A stretch of 64,000 bases of DNA from positions 24,710 through 88,709 of the forward strand of contig JBPOIL010000005.1 of the NCBI GenBank assembly GCA_052034495.1, read 5' to 3'. The position numbers and the translations under genes are program-made. The DNA is from Patescibacteria group bacterium (GTDB taxonomy: Bacteria; Patescibacteriota; Saccharimonadia; CAILAD01; JADZBC01). The notes beneath the pieces were generated by a model. The model was not told where the DNA came from, searched no databases, and was given only the letters and a program-made list of their open reading frames with translations. This document shows, piece after piece, positions 48,733-57,950 of the stretch (positions are counted from its first letter, which is position 1; each line of letters opens with the position of its first letter).

Positions 48733-48772
48733 ATCCTCAGTATAGAGGATTATGAACCTGTGCTAAACAAGC

Positions 48773-48958
48773 TTACCTGCTAGCGCGAGCTAAATGATAG
48801 CTACTTTCCGAGCGGGTCTTAAACCCAAGTGGCGCTTCCGTGCGATACCCCTGACGGTGGGCATACAGGAATTGCTGTGTTTGAGCCATCTTCTCGGCTT
48901 TTTGTCGGTATATGTCTTGTTTGGTGAATTGGTTTTTGATTTTTACGAGGATACTCAT
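48773..48958 (-). CDS. Small basic hypothetical protein
   Basis: ATG 3 nt after the wHTH stop, preceded by AGGAAG. Confidence 0.5.
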   Translation of the reverse strand: MSILVKIKNQFTKQDIYRQKAEKMAQTQQFLYAHRQGYRTEAPLGFKTRSESSYHLARASR

Positions 48959-48961
48959 TGT

Positions 48962-49234
48962 TTATGACTTCTTCCTTGATGTTTTTAGAACCATACTCTG
49001 CAGCTCTTTAAAGAGGAGGAACTGCTGATTTACCCAGTAAACCTTGGCGTTACCCTCTTTGGCAGACTTTACGTAGCCAATCTTCTCCATACGAGCGAGT
49101 TCACGCTGAATATTGCCCGGGTCTTCGCGCAAGATCTTTGCAAGGCCACGCACGTGCACCCGATAGTCGGGATATTTACTGTAAATCGTGATGATTTTTC
49201 GTCTTGTTTTTGATGTTATGAAGAGCTTTAGCAT
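48962..49234 (-). CDS. Winged-helix transcription regulator
   Basis: SKTRRKI, VRGLA......GNIQREL, GN...Y. Confidence 0.8.
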   Translation of the reverse strand: MLKLFITSKTRRKIITIYSKYPDYRVHVRGLAKILREDPGNIQRELARMEKIGYVKSAKEGNAKVYWVNQQFLLFKELQSMVLKTSRKKS

Positions 49235-49402
49235 ATTGTTTTTTTATCAACTTTTTCTTTGTTTATAACTTAAATTACTTACTACTTAGTATAAATCTAC
49301 AACAGTCTAAAATACAACAGTTTTTTTGAACAATTTTTGTCTTTATTGCTATGTTTCTGGGCAAAACTCCTAATAATCAGTATAATAAACGTAAGAATTA
49401 TC

Positions 49403-50599
49403 ATGACTGAAGACCCACACACACCACCGCTCTGCCCAACCTGCAAGCAGCCAATGGTTCATACTGCCGTTGGTGACGTCTGTATGGAGTGCGGGACACT
49501 GGTTAAGCACGAGCATCCTACCCCGTCACGGCCTATGCATGCCCACGCTACAGTTCATGCAACCCCAACCCTGTCGGAAGATCCATTCCCGCCCAACCCC
49601 GCTAGCGAACACACGCCAACACAGCTGCCCGGCCCTGCTCAGAGCGCCCCGGCAACACAGACAGTAACCAAGCAGGATGCTCTTCGCTTCCGACACAGGC
49701 TCAAAGCGCGCCTGAAGCGCCTAGTTGTGCCCGAACTACCAAGCAAGCTCGATGACCCAGAACTACCAAACTCACTCTCTAGCCCTGAGCTAAAAAGCCC
49801 GATCGAGCAGCCTGGCCTTGAATCGGGATTAAAACAAGCAGCCCTGCTTTCAAAACTTGATCACCCAGAACTGTCTGAACAGGACTCGACTCAGGAACCC
49901 CTAGCACCTGCGCCGTTTACTCAGGAGGAAGTTGAGGCTTCAAAGCACACCATGGCTTACGAGTTGGCCGAAGAAATAGCTGAGCGAGATACTGGGCAAA
50001 CCAGCCCGGCGGAGTCAGCGAGCGGCACTACAATTAGTCCAGGCCAAGCGGAGAAAAAAACCGAATCAGAAGTCAGCACGGCTGAAGCAAAAGCTGAGCA
50101 AGCAGCCAATACCGACCCAGACCCAAAGAAGCCCAAGGGTAAACAAGCGACCCTGCTGATTGGAACTGTTCTATGCCTAGCCCTCGTAGCTGCAATTGGA
50201 ATATGGATGCTCTCGCGCCAAAACAGCAACCAGGTAGTGCCGGCTGCGACGAACACTAATCAGCCGCAGGTCCCCGGCCCCCCTGAGGCGTCACCAGAGG
50301 CCACCACGCGCGACCAAAAGCGCAAAGACGACCTAAATACCATCTCGGCAGCATTAGAGGTTTACAAGCAGCAGCAGGGCACATACCCAGCTGGCGACGA
50401 TATCAAGGTCATTTACCCGCTGCAGTACACCACCCCTCCCTACATCACGATAATAAACTACGACCCATCCAGCACTCCGGAGACCAAGATTAAGTACGCG
50501 TATAAGTCCGATGGCTCAACCTTCACCATAGCTGCCAAGCTAGAGGATAGCGCAGATCCTGACACTCAAGACGGCTACTATATTGTCCGTAGTAAATAG
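49403..50599 (+). CDS. Zn ribbon, disordered linker, TM and GspG/pilin-like domain protein
   Basis: CPTC..CMEC; single TM; RDQKRKDDL..I..ALE.Y....GTYP. Confidence 0.7.
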   Translation: MTEDPHTPPLCPTCKQPMVHTAVGDVCMECGTLVKHEHPTPSRPMHAHATVHATPTLSEDPFPPNPASEHTPTQLPGPAQSAPATQTVTKQDALRFRHRLKARLKRLVVPELPSKLDDPELPNSLSSPELKSPIEQPGLESGLKQAALLSKLDHPELSEQDSTQEPLAPAPFTQEEVEASKHTMAYELAEEIAERDTGQTSPAESASGTTISPGQAEKKTESEVSTAEAKAEQAANTDPDPKKPKGKQATLLIGTVLCLALVAAIGIWMLSRQNSNQVVPAATNTNQPQVPGPPEASPEATTRDQKRKDDLNTISAALEVYKQQQGTYPAGDDIKVIYPLQYTTPPYITIINYDPSSTPETKIKYAYKSDGSTFTIAAKLEDSADPDTQDGYYIVRSK

Positions 50600-50670
50600 A
50601 AGCCGACACGAATCTTCAAGATCAACTTAAAAACTCACGTTGGCTCTCCTGGGCAGAAAGCCTGTACTTC

Positions 50671-51201
50671 TTAACTCCTCCCTATGGCATCAGCCAAACG
50701 CTTGATGCGCGTGGTGGCAATGGCTTCGAGAGACCTCACCATCTGGGCCCTCACAAACTCACCCTGTGGGGTTGGAATGCTCGCCTCCCGAACCAGCTGA
50801 GCGAACACCCCGAGGTGATAAAGAAGCCACGGGTCCGACAGCTTTGCAGCGGGGCCACCAAGCCCCAGAGTGACTCGCACCGAGTCATGCCCCCCATCCG
50901 TCCAATGCCCGGAAAAGTGTGTCTTCTTCCACACTGCGACAGCTTCATCGAGCGTCTCCGCCCACTCGGCCGTCATACTCAGCTTCGGCACCTCAACCTT
51001 CACTCGAGGCCACCCTTCGTTCCGGGTGTAGGAGGTTGAAACGAAGACGAATCCACCCTCGGGCAACTCGACTATCTGTACTCCGTTGAGATGGCAATGC
51101 ATCGAATCATCTCGACCCCGAATCCTTTCCAGGTGTCCGCCGACCAGCATGCGCTTACGGACAATTACCTCTTGCTCAAACCAAGTCAATTCCTCAGTCA
51201 T
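50671..51201 (-). CDS. Hypothetical protein, GC-shifted codon usage
   Basis: GGAG RBS; all Lys codons AAG; long leader from promoter TTGTCG-17-CATAAT. Confidence 0.65.
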   Translation of the reverse strand: MTEELTWFEQEVIVRKRMLVGGHLERIRGRDDSMHCHLNGVQIVELPEGGFVFVSTSYTRNEGWPRVKVEVPKLSMTAEWAETLDEAVAVWKKTHFSGHWTDGGHDSVRVTLGLGGPAAKLSDPWLLYHLGVFAQLVREASIPTPQGEFVRAQMVRSLEAIATTRIKRLADAIGRS

Positions 51202-51361
51202 AACGACTCCAGTTGTCCCGCCCGCTAGGGCGTAAACGTAGGTATTCTGATTGTTAACACGCCAGTAGTCTTACCCGCGAGGATGCAAACTCCAGCATGT
51301 GCGCTCCTGCCCAGGAGATAAGGGTATTATGCCCTTAGAGTACTCACACGACAAGCAAAAG

Positions 51362-52282
51362 CTATTTAACCTTGTTCTTCGCTGCTTGGTCTTTTTTAGC
51401 CTTTTGCTTAAGTTTTCGATTGTTCCAAACCACCAACATTGGCGATGCATTGAATATTGAAGAAAACGTTCCAGAGATAATCCCCACCAGCAAAGCCAGC
51501 ACGAAGAGTCGGATTGATTCACCGCCGAACAGCAAGAGCGCCGTTAGAGTCAAAATGACGGTAATGGAGGTATTAAGGGACCTGGCCAACGTTTCGTTCA
51601 CACTCAGATTCACTACCTCGTCAAATGGCTTATTATAACGCCTTAAATTCTCACGAACGCGGTCGAACACCACGATGGTGTCATGTACGGAGAATCCGAT
51701 TACCGTGAGTACTGCAGTCACGAACAAGCTATCTACCTGAACCCCAAAGAAATGACCGAGGATCGAGAAGAGACCAATCAGGAGTAATGCATCGTGAAGC
51801 ATGGCAATAATTGCCGACCCACCAAAGCTCCAAGGGCTCACTGGTGGTGGCGCGTTGCGGAAAGCAAAGGCGATGTAGAGCAAGATAGCGAGTGATGCCA
51901 GGAAGATACTAATAAGCGCGTTGCGGGTGATATCCTTACTCACAGACGGCCCGACCGAGCTAAACGACACCTGGACGTAGCCGGCTTTACTTAAGTCTTG
52001 CTTAATCTTTTCATCTGACTTCTTAGCATCCTTTTCATCACTGCGGTAGCGAATGAGTAGTCCACCATTCCCCGTCGTAGTGACCGTGACGTCATCAGCA
52101 CCGGCACTCACAAATATAGTGCGGACCTTTGCCTGGTCCTGGCCACCACGCAGCTCCATTTCCTGACCGCCCCGGAAATCAATGCCGAGCTTTAGGCCCC
52201 AAAGCGCGAGTGAAATCATACCTGGGATTATCATTACCAGCGAGATAGTAAACCACAGCTTACGTCGACCAACTATATTCAT
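51362..52282 (-). CDS. secF: Protein translocase subunit SecF
   Basis: LGIDFRGG, VGP, GFSVHDTIVVFDRVRE, TL.RS.NT. Confidence 0.96.
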   Translation of the reverse strand: MNIVGRRKLWFTISLVMIIPGMISLALWGLKLGIDFRGGQEMELRGGQDQAKVRTIFVSAGADDVTVTTTGNGGLLIRYRSDEKDAKKSDEKIKQDLSKAGYVQVSFSSVGPSVSKDITRNALISIFLASLAILLYIAFAFRNAPPPVSPWSFGGSAIIAMLHDALLLIGLFSILGHFFGVQVDSLFVTAVLTVIGFSVHDTIVVFDRVRENLRRYNKPFDEVVNLSVNETLARSLNTSITVILTLTALLLFGGESIRLFVLALLVGIISGTFSSIFNASPMLVVWNNRKLKQKAKKDQAAKNKVK

Positions 52283-53595
52283 GATTTGCCCTCCTCTGTG
52301 TAGCCATAATTACGAGGATTCTGGCCAACTTTGGTGGTAATAAGCATGCCCATGAGGGTTCTGGATACAGTGATGGCTGTAAACATACTAATGATTACAC
52401 CAAGACCTAGCGTCACGGCAAAGCCCTTAATGATCGGCACGCCAAACCAGTACAGGATCAAACATGTAATCAATGTAGATATGTTCGAATCACGGATACT
52501 GTCCCACGCGCGGCTGAAGCCCGCCTTGAGCGCAGCAGGCATTTCCTTACCATTACGCACCTCTTCCTTCATGCGCTCAAAGATCAGAATGTTAGCGTCC
52601 ACCGCCATGCCCACACTCAAAATAAAGCCTGCTATACCGGCCAGAGTAAGCACAATGGGACTAAAGATAAAGAAGCCAGGCATGAAGACACTAAATTTAA
52701 AGTACGCAAGGTTAATGAGCGTATAGATGACCAAAGCGATACTAGCCACAACGCCGGCCAGACGATAGTAAGAAATCATAAAGATCATAACGGCCAAGAT
52801 GCCAATTAAGCCGGCCACTAAGCTCTTGGTGATTGATTCTGAACCAAGTGTGGCCCCCACGGTGCGCTGCTCTACGAGTTTAACGGGTACTGGCAAAGCT
52901 CCGGCATTTAGCAGCACTGAGGTTTCCTGAGCTACCTTTAAGCTCTCGAAGCCTTGAAGCTGACCTCGGCCATCGGTGATTGGTGTCGAAACTGTTCCGT
53001 TAAACAGCGCCTGGCCGTCAAGCACGATCGCCAAGCGGCCGCTCTCTTTATTAATTTGCGTGGTAAGCTCGGCAAACTTCTTCGTTGCGTCCCCACCTTT
53101 CAGCTCAAAGCTTACGACCGGCTGGGCGCTTTGTGGATCAAAGTCGACCGCTACGCTTGCGAGGTCCTTACCGCTGATGCCAGTCGGCACTGGAGTGGTA
53201 CTCCCCGGGGGTACGCGGTAAAAGTCTAGTTGAGCAGTCTTACCGATAAGTGCAATTGCCTGGTTTACATCTGTCACACCTGGTAGCTGTACCGACACAC
53301 GGTCACTGCCGCTGGTCTGGATTACTACCTCGCTCGTACCGCTTGGATTAACACGCTTATTCACTACATCAATCACGCCCGCTATAGCCTTTTGCTTCTC
53401 TTCGGCCTTAAGCTTCGAGAGGTCGGCTTGATAGGTAAGGCTCGCCCCACCCTGTAAATCGAGCCCCTGGCGCACTTTTAACGCGCCGTCCTTTATACCT
53501 AATGCAGAAAACACTCTATCCTCCCGCGGCAAAGCGATCACGGCAACAAATAGGGTCAATGCTATAATGAGATAGAATTTCGTTCTGATGTTCAT
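52279..53595 (-). CDS. secD: Protein translocase subunit SecD
   Basis: GLDLQGG, GALP, GMAVDANILIFER, KGFAVTL. Confidence 0.96.
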   Translation of the reverse strand: MNIRTKFYLIIALTLFVAVIALPREDRVFSALGIKDGALKVRQGLDLQGGASLTYQADLSKLKAEEKQKAIAGVIDVVNKRVNPSGTSEVVIQTSGSDRVSVQLPGVTDVNQAIALIGKTAQLDFYRVPPGSTTPVPTGISGKDLASVAVDFDPQSAQPVVSFELKGGDATKKFAELTTQINKESGRLAIVLDGQALFNGTVSTPITDGRGQLQGFESLKVAQETSVLLNAGALPVPVKLVEQRTVGATLGSESITKSLVAGLIGILAVMIFMISYYRLAGVVASIALVIYTLINLAYFKFSVFMPGFFIFSPIVLTLAGIAGFILSVGMAVDANILIFERMKEEVRNGKEMPAALKAGFSRAWDSIRDSNISTLITCLILYWFGVPIIKGFAVTLGLGVIISMFTAITVSRTLMGMLITTKVGQNPRNYGYTEEGKS

Positions 53596-53759
53596 GAGTG
53601 TAGTTGTTTGGTTGCGAACATATATATTCGATACTAGCCGGACTAAGGCAAAAACACAATACGACCCAAAGCTTGAACACATTAATCCAGGCCACCGAGT
53701 GCAGAAAGCCCAACATAACAACATCTTGTCATAATGAATACTAATTTTATACAATTACT

Positions 53760-55700
53760 ATGAAAAAACTCCTCTCTATATCTGTTGTATCCTACCCCGG
53801 CAAAGCCCCGAAGCTGTTTCATTATTACGACTTAAATGATGGCAATACAATGATTGGGCAAGTAGTCAAGGTGTCATTTGGCAACAAAGAAACCCTTGGG
53901 GTGGTCATGGAAATCCCGGCGGCAGACGCAGACAGCGACCGGCCAACCGCAAATACCTTAACGATTGTTGGTAGGCTGGAGGCGAAACCGCTCCCCGCAC
54001 ACATTCTCAAGCTTGCCAGCTGGATGATGGAATACTATGCAGCCAGTGCTAGCTCGGTATGGCGAACCATCCTCCCCTCTGGGCTTGCCCAAGCCCCCAA
54101 GCTAAAGTCGGTAGCCAAGGACTCCGAGCACCCCGAACAAGTCATAACCTTAAACGGTGACCAAGAGCAGGCACTTGCCCGAATCCTCAAGCGCGACTAT
54201 GCAGGATACCTGCTACACGGCATCACGGGCTCAGGAAAGACTGAGGTCTACATTGAGCTTATCAAGAAGATTATAGCTAAAGGCAAATCGGCCATTGTGC
54301 TCGTACCCGAAATCGCCCTCACACCACAAATGGTCGAAAGGCTTGGAGTACATTTTGGCGATCGACTTGTAGTTAGCCACTCCAAACTTACGCCCGCCCG
54401 CCGTAAAAAGATATGGCATGAGGCTTTATCGGCAGAGGAGCCGCAGGTGTATTTAGGTCCACGCTCGGCCCTGTTCCTGCCTATTCATAACCTTGGCGTA
54501 ATCATCGTAGACGAAGAACATGAATCGAGCTACAAGCAGGATAATGCCCCTACTTACCAGGTAAATACCGTTGTGGCCCAGCTATCCCGCCTTACCAAGG
54601 CGCCGTTTGTGCTTGGGAGCGCAACGCCGTCGATTTATGCCCGCCATGCCGCCGAAGCCGAGCGTATAGGCTACATACAGCTCAATGATCGGGCCCTGGG
54701 CGCCGAACTACCTGGTGTAGACATTATCAAGCTCGATCCAGGGATGAGCCTAAGCCCCCAGCTGGTGAACAAAATGAAAGCTACGCTTAAGGCTGGTAAG
54801 CAGACCATCCTATTCCTAAACCGTCGTGGTAGCGCCAGTGCTATGTTGTGTGAAGACTGTGGACACATTCAAACATGCCCGCGCTGCGATACGAGTCTGA
54901 CCTTCCATGCCGACTTAGCTCGCCTCCTGTGCCATTACTGCGGATTTAGCGAGCTCCCGCCCAACACCTGCCCCGACTGCAATAACCACCACATGCATTT
55001 TGTAGGCACAGGCACCAAGCGTATTGAACAAGAGGTTATGAGTCTGTTTCCAGACAGCAACATCTGCCGGCTCGATAGCGACAATGCAACCCTGGAGTAT
55101 TTGACTACCGTGTACGAGCAGTTGCGTAATGGCGAGATTGATATCGTAATTGGCACTCAGATGATTGCCCGTGGGCTGGATTTGCCCAATGCCACAACAG
55201 TAGGAGTTGTTCTTACCGAGAGCATGCTTGCGATACCCGACTTCAGTTCGAGTGAACGAACGTTTGATTTGCTCACTCAGGTCGCAGGCAGGGCGGGCCG
55301 TGGTAAGCATACAGGGAGCGTGATTATTCAGACGCATTCGCCAGGCCACCCTGCGGTAACGGCCGCCGCAAAGCACGATTATGCAGCCTTTTACGACTGG
55401 GAGATCAAGAATCGCAAAACTCATGCTTACCCGCCCTTCGCATATCTGGTAAAATTATCCTATAGTCATCGTAATGCCAGTAACGCCGTAGCCGAAGCTG
55501 GCCGAATGGCACAGGAAATCCGCACGACCTACCCAGGAGTAACGGTACTCGGACCGGTTGAACGGACAGTTAAGCGCACCGCTGGCCAATACCAGCATCA
55601 AATCATTTTAAAGTCCCTGAAGAGGCAAAGCCTCGTTGAGATTGCACTCCAAGCCAAGAACGGCTGGAAGCACGATCTGGATCCAATTAACCTTTTATAG
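53760..55700 (+). CDS. priA: Primosomal protein N'
   Basis: GITGSGKTEVY, DEEH, four CxxC, QVAGRAGR, YPPF. Confidence 0.96.
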   Translation: MKKLLSISVVSYPGKAPKLFHYYDLNDGNTMIGQVVKVSFGNKETLGVVMEIPAADADSDRPTANTLTIVGRLEAKPLPAHILKLASWMMEYYAASASSVWRTILPSGLAQAPKLKSVAKDSEHPEQVITLNGDQEQALARILKRDYAGYLLHGITGSGKTEVYIELIKKIIAKGKSAIVLVPEIALTPQMVERLGVHFGDRLVVSHSKLTPARRKKIWHEALSAEEPQVYLGPRSALFLPIHNLGVIIVDEEHESSYKQDNAPTYQVNTVVAQLSRLTKAPFVLGSATPSIYARHAAEAERIGYIQLNDRALGAELPGVDIIKLDPGMSLSPQLVNKMKATLKAGKQTILFLNRRGSASAMLCEDCGHIQTCPRCDTSLTFHADLARLLCHYCGFSELPPNTCPDCNNHHMHFVGTGTKRIEQEVMSLFPDSNICRLDSDNATLEYLTTVYEQLRNGEIDIVIGTQMIARGLDLPNATTVGVVLTESMLAIPDFSSSERTFDLLTQVAGRAGRGKHTGSVIIQTHSPGHPAVTAAAKHDYAAFYDWEIKNRKTHAYPPFAYLVKLSYSHRNASNAVAEAGRMAQEIRTTYPGVTVLGPVERTVKRTAGQYQHQIILKSLKRQSLVEIALQAKNGWKHDLDPINLL

Positions 55701-55702
55701 CC

Positions 55703-56269
55703 ATGGCACGTAAACTTATCAACATACCCAATAGCGTCCTCAGAATGAAGTCAAAGAAGATTGGATTTGTCGATGGCTCAATTCGAGCTTTAGCGGAGGA
55801 GATGATCCAGACTACGCTTGATTACGACAAAGAAAGCGAAATTGGTGCTGCGCTTGCGGCGGTGCAGATTGGCGAACCTCTGCGGCTCACGGTCGTGCGC
55901 GATGATTACGAACACGGTGACGGCGAGGCATTTAGCACCTACATCAATCCCGAGATTGTTAAGGCCAGTGACGAGATGGTCGAGGACGTTGAAGGCTGCA
56001 TGAGCGTTGCTGGCATATACGGCAAAGTTAAGCGTCATTTAAAGATTAAGGTGAAGGCCCAGGACGTAGACGGCAACCAGATCCGTCTGACCCTCGAGGG
56101 CTTCCCAGCGCGTGTGTTCCAGCACGAGATCGACCATATGAACGGCATTATATTCTTAGACCACGTCACGGACAGCTCTAAGCTGCTGGCAGTCGACAAA
56201 AACGGTCAACTTAAACCTATGAAGGAAATCCCTAATGATATCCAAGACGAACTCAGCCATAGTCACTAG
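55703..56269 (+). CDS. def: Peptide deformylase
   Basis: ALAAVQIG, EGCMS, QHEIDH. Confidence 0.93.
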   Translation: MARKLINIPNSVLRMKSKKIGFVDGSIRALAEEMIQTTLDYDKESEIGAALAAVQIGEPLRLTVVRDDYEHGDGEAFSTYINPEIVKASDEMVEDVEGCMSVAGIYGKVKRHLKIKVKAQDVDGNQIRLTLEGFPARVFQHEIDHMNGIIFLDHVTDSSKLLAVDKNGQLKPMKEIPNDIQDELSHSH

Positions 56270-57170
56270 TATTGTTTTTTTTGGGACAGGAGAAGTTAGT
56301 CTCGCAACGCTCGAGGGTATTGAGGGCAATATCCCAGTAGAAGCGGTGGTTACCAAGCCAGACTTGGTAACCAGCTCGGGGCGCAAAATTAGCCCCCAGG
56401 TAAAAGTATGGGCCGAAGAGAACGGCGTGCCCTGCTATCAGCCAGCCAACAAGGCCGAGCTTGCAGAGCTATGCAGCAAGCAAGCATTCAAGTCTCCTGT
56501 AGGTCTTGTCGTCGATTACGGAATCATCATCCCTGCGAGCGTCATCCAGGGATTCAAGCAGGGCATTCTCAACAGCCACTTCTCCCTTCTGCCTAAATGG
56601 CGCGGAGCAGACCCAATCACTTGGACAATCCTGGCCGGAGACACCACCACAGGAGTCACCGTAATGCTCGTAGATGAAGGCATGGACACGGGAGACATTC
56701 TTGCGCAAGAAGAGATCGAACTTGCGCCCGACGAAACTGTCGCAAGCCTTACTCCTAGGCTTGTGGAAATTAGCAACGACATGCTAATCAACACAATCCC
56801 AGTTTATCTTCGCGGCGAGATAAAGCCAGAGGTGCAGGACCACGAAGCGGCGTCGTATAGTAGTAAAATTAGCAAAGAAATGGGTGAACTAAAGCCAGGC
56901 GAAAAGACTGCCGTAGAACTTGAACGGCAAGTGCGAGCGTTCCAGGGTTGGCCAGGTAGCTACATTACAATCCAAGACACTCTCCTTGCGATTAAGTCGG
57001 CCAAAGCTACTAATAAAAGTGCGCCAATCGGCAAAATCAACCGCGCCGGCAAGACACTCCTGCTTGGCTGCAGGCAAGGGAGTTTGCAGATTGACTCAAT
57101 CCAGCCAGCCGGCAAAAAGCCTATGGACGCACTCGGTTTTGCTAACGGCTACAAAGATCTCATCGATTAA
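56235..57170 (+). CDS. fmt: Methionyl-tRNA formyltransferase
   Basis: FFGT, HFSLLPKWRGADP, MDTG; exact start uncertain. Confidence 0.92.
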   Translation: MISKTNSAIVTSIVFFGTGEVSLATLEGIEGNIPVEAVVTKPDLVTSSGRKISPQVKVWAEENGVPCYQPANKAELAELCSKQAFKSPVGLVVDYGIIIPASVIQGFKQGILNSHFSLLPKWRGADPITWTILAGDTTTGVTVMLVDEGMDTGDILAQEEIELAPDETVASLTPRLVEISNDMLINTIPVYLRGEIKPEVQDHEAASYSSKISKEMGELKPGEKTAVELERQVRAFQGWPGSYITIQDTLLAIKSAKATNKSAPIGKINRAGKTLLLGCRQGSLQIDSIQPAGKKPMDALGFANGYKDLID

Positions 57171-57171
57171 T

Positions 57172-57199
57172 CAAAAAGCGCCCAAACGGGCGCTTTTTG
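57172..57199. terminator. Bidirectional terminator
   Basis: caaaaagcgccc-aaac-gggcgctttttg. Confidence 0.85.
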
Positions 57200-57217
57200 A
57201 CACTCGGAGGCGAGATA

Positions 57218-57583
57218 TTACAGGTAAGGCTTGAGCTTATCGATTACCTGGCTGGGAGTTAAGTCTGTCTTAATTATGTAGTCTCGAGCGCCAAGATCTC
57301 GGGCCTCAGTAATGGCCTGTGAGTTCATGATGTTCGTCAGAACAATTACCGGCAGATCTGGGACAACCTTGTCCTTATTAAGCTGCTTAAGAACATCAAT
57401 GCCACTCATATTCGGCATCATCATGTCTAGCAAAATCATATCGGGCTTTTTGGCCTTGATCTTTTCAAGAGCCATCTTGCCGTCAACGGCTTCTTCGACC
57501 GTCAAGCCAGCCTTCGACAACTTGAGTTGATACATGTTGCGAATGAAATCGTTGTCTTCTACCAGGAGAACTGTTTTGCTCAT
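57218..57583 (-). CDS. Single-domain response regulator (REC)
   Basis: LLVED, LLDMMMP..SG, LTN, YIIK. Confidence 0.92.
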   Translation of the reverse strand: MSKTVLLVEDNDFIRNMYQLKLSKAGLTVEEAVDGKMALEKIKAKKPDMILLDMMMPNMSGIDVLKQLNKDKVVPDLPVIVLTNIMNSQAITEARDLGARDYIIKTDLTPSQVIDKLKPYL

Positions 57584-57620
57584 AGTAATATGATAGACGC
57601 TTATGCTGGCGGCGTCAATC

Positions 57621-57950
57621 TTATTCTATGCCGTCAATCAGTTGTGATATGTGCTCTGCGTACTCGCCTGAGTCGTCAAACACTATCCTAATATGAGGCA
57701 CTGTGCGAAGATCGGTGCGGGTTGCGAGGTAAGCAGCAATTGCCCCTGGCGCTGCCTTCTCCATACGGGGTTTTGCCTCTTCCTGCCCACGGCCCACCAT
57801 ACCAACATACACTCGTGCGTTCTTAAGGTCTGGGCTTACGTCCACCTTGGTAACGGAAGTGGCAAGGCCTGGAACAACGAACTCTTGGTTCAGGACAGTA
57901 GCGGCATATTGCTGCAAAAGTGCTGCCACTTTTTCGAGCCGGCGTGACAT
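57621..57950 (-). CDS. rbfA: Ribosome-binding factor A
   Basis: VTKVDVSPDL..A.V, LRTVP...D; follows infB. Confidence 0.9.
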   Translation of the reverse strand: MSRRLEKVAALLQQYAATVLNQEFVVPGLATSVTKVDVSPDLKNARVYVGMVGRGQEEAKPRMEKAAPGAIAAYLATRTDLRTVPHIRIVFDDSGEYAEHISQLIDGIE

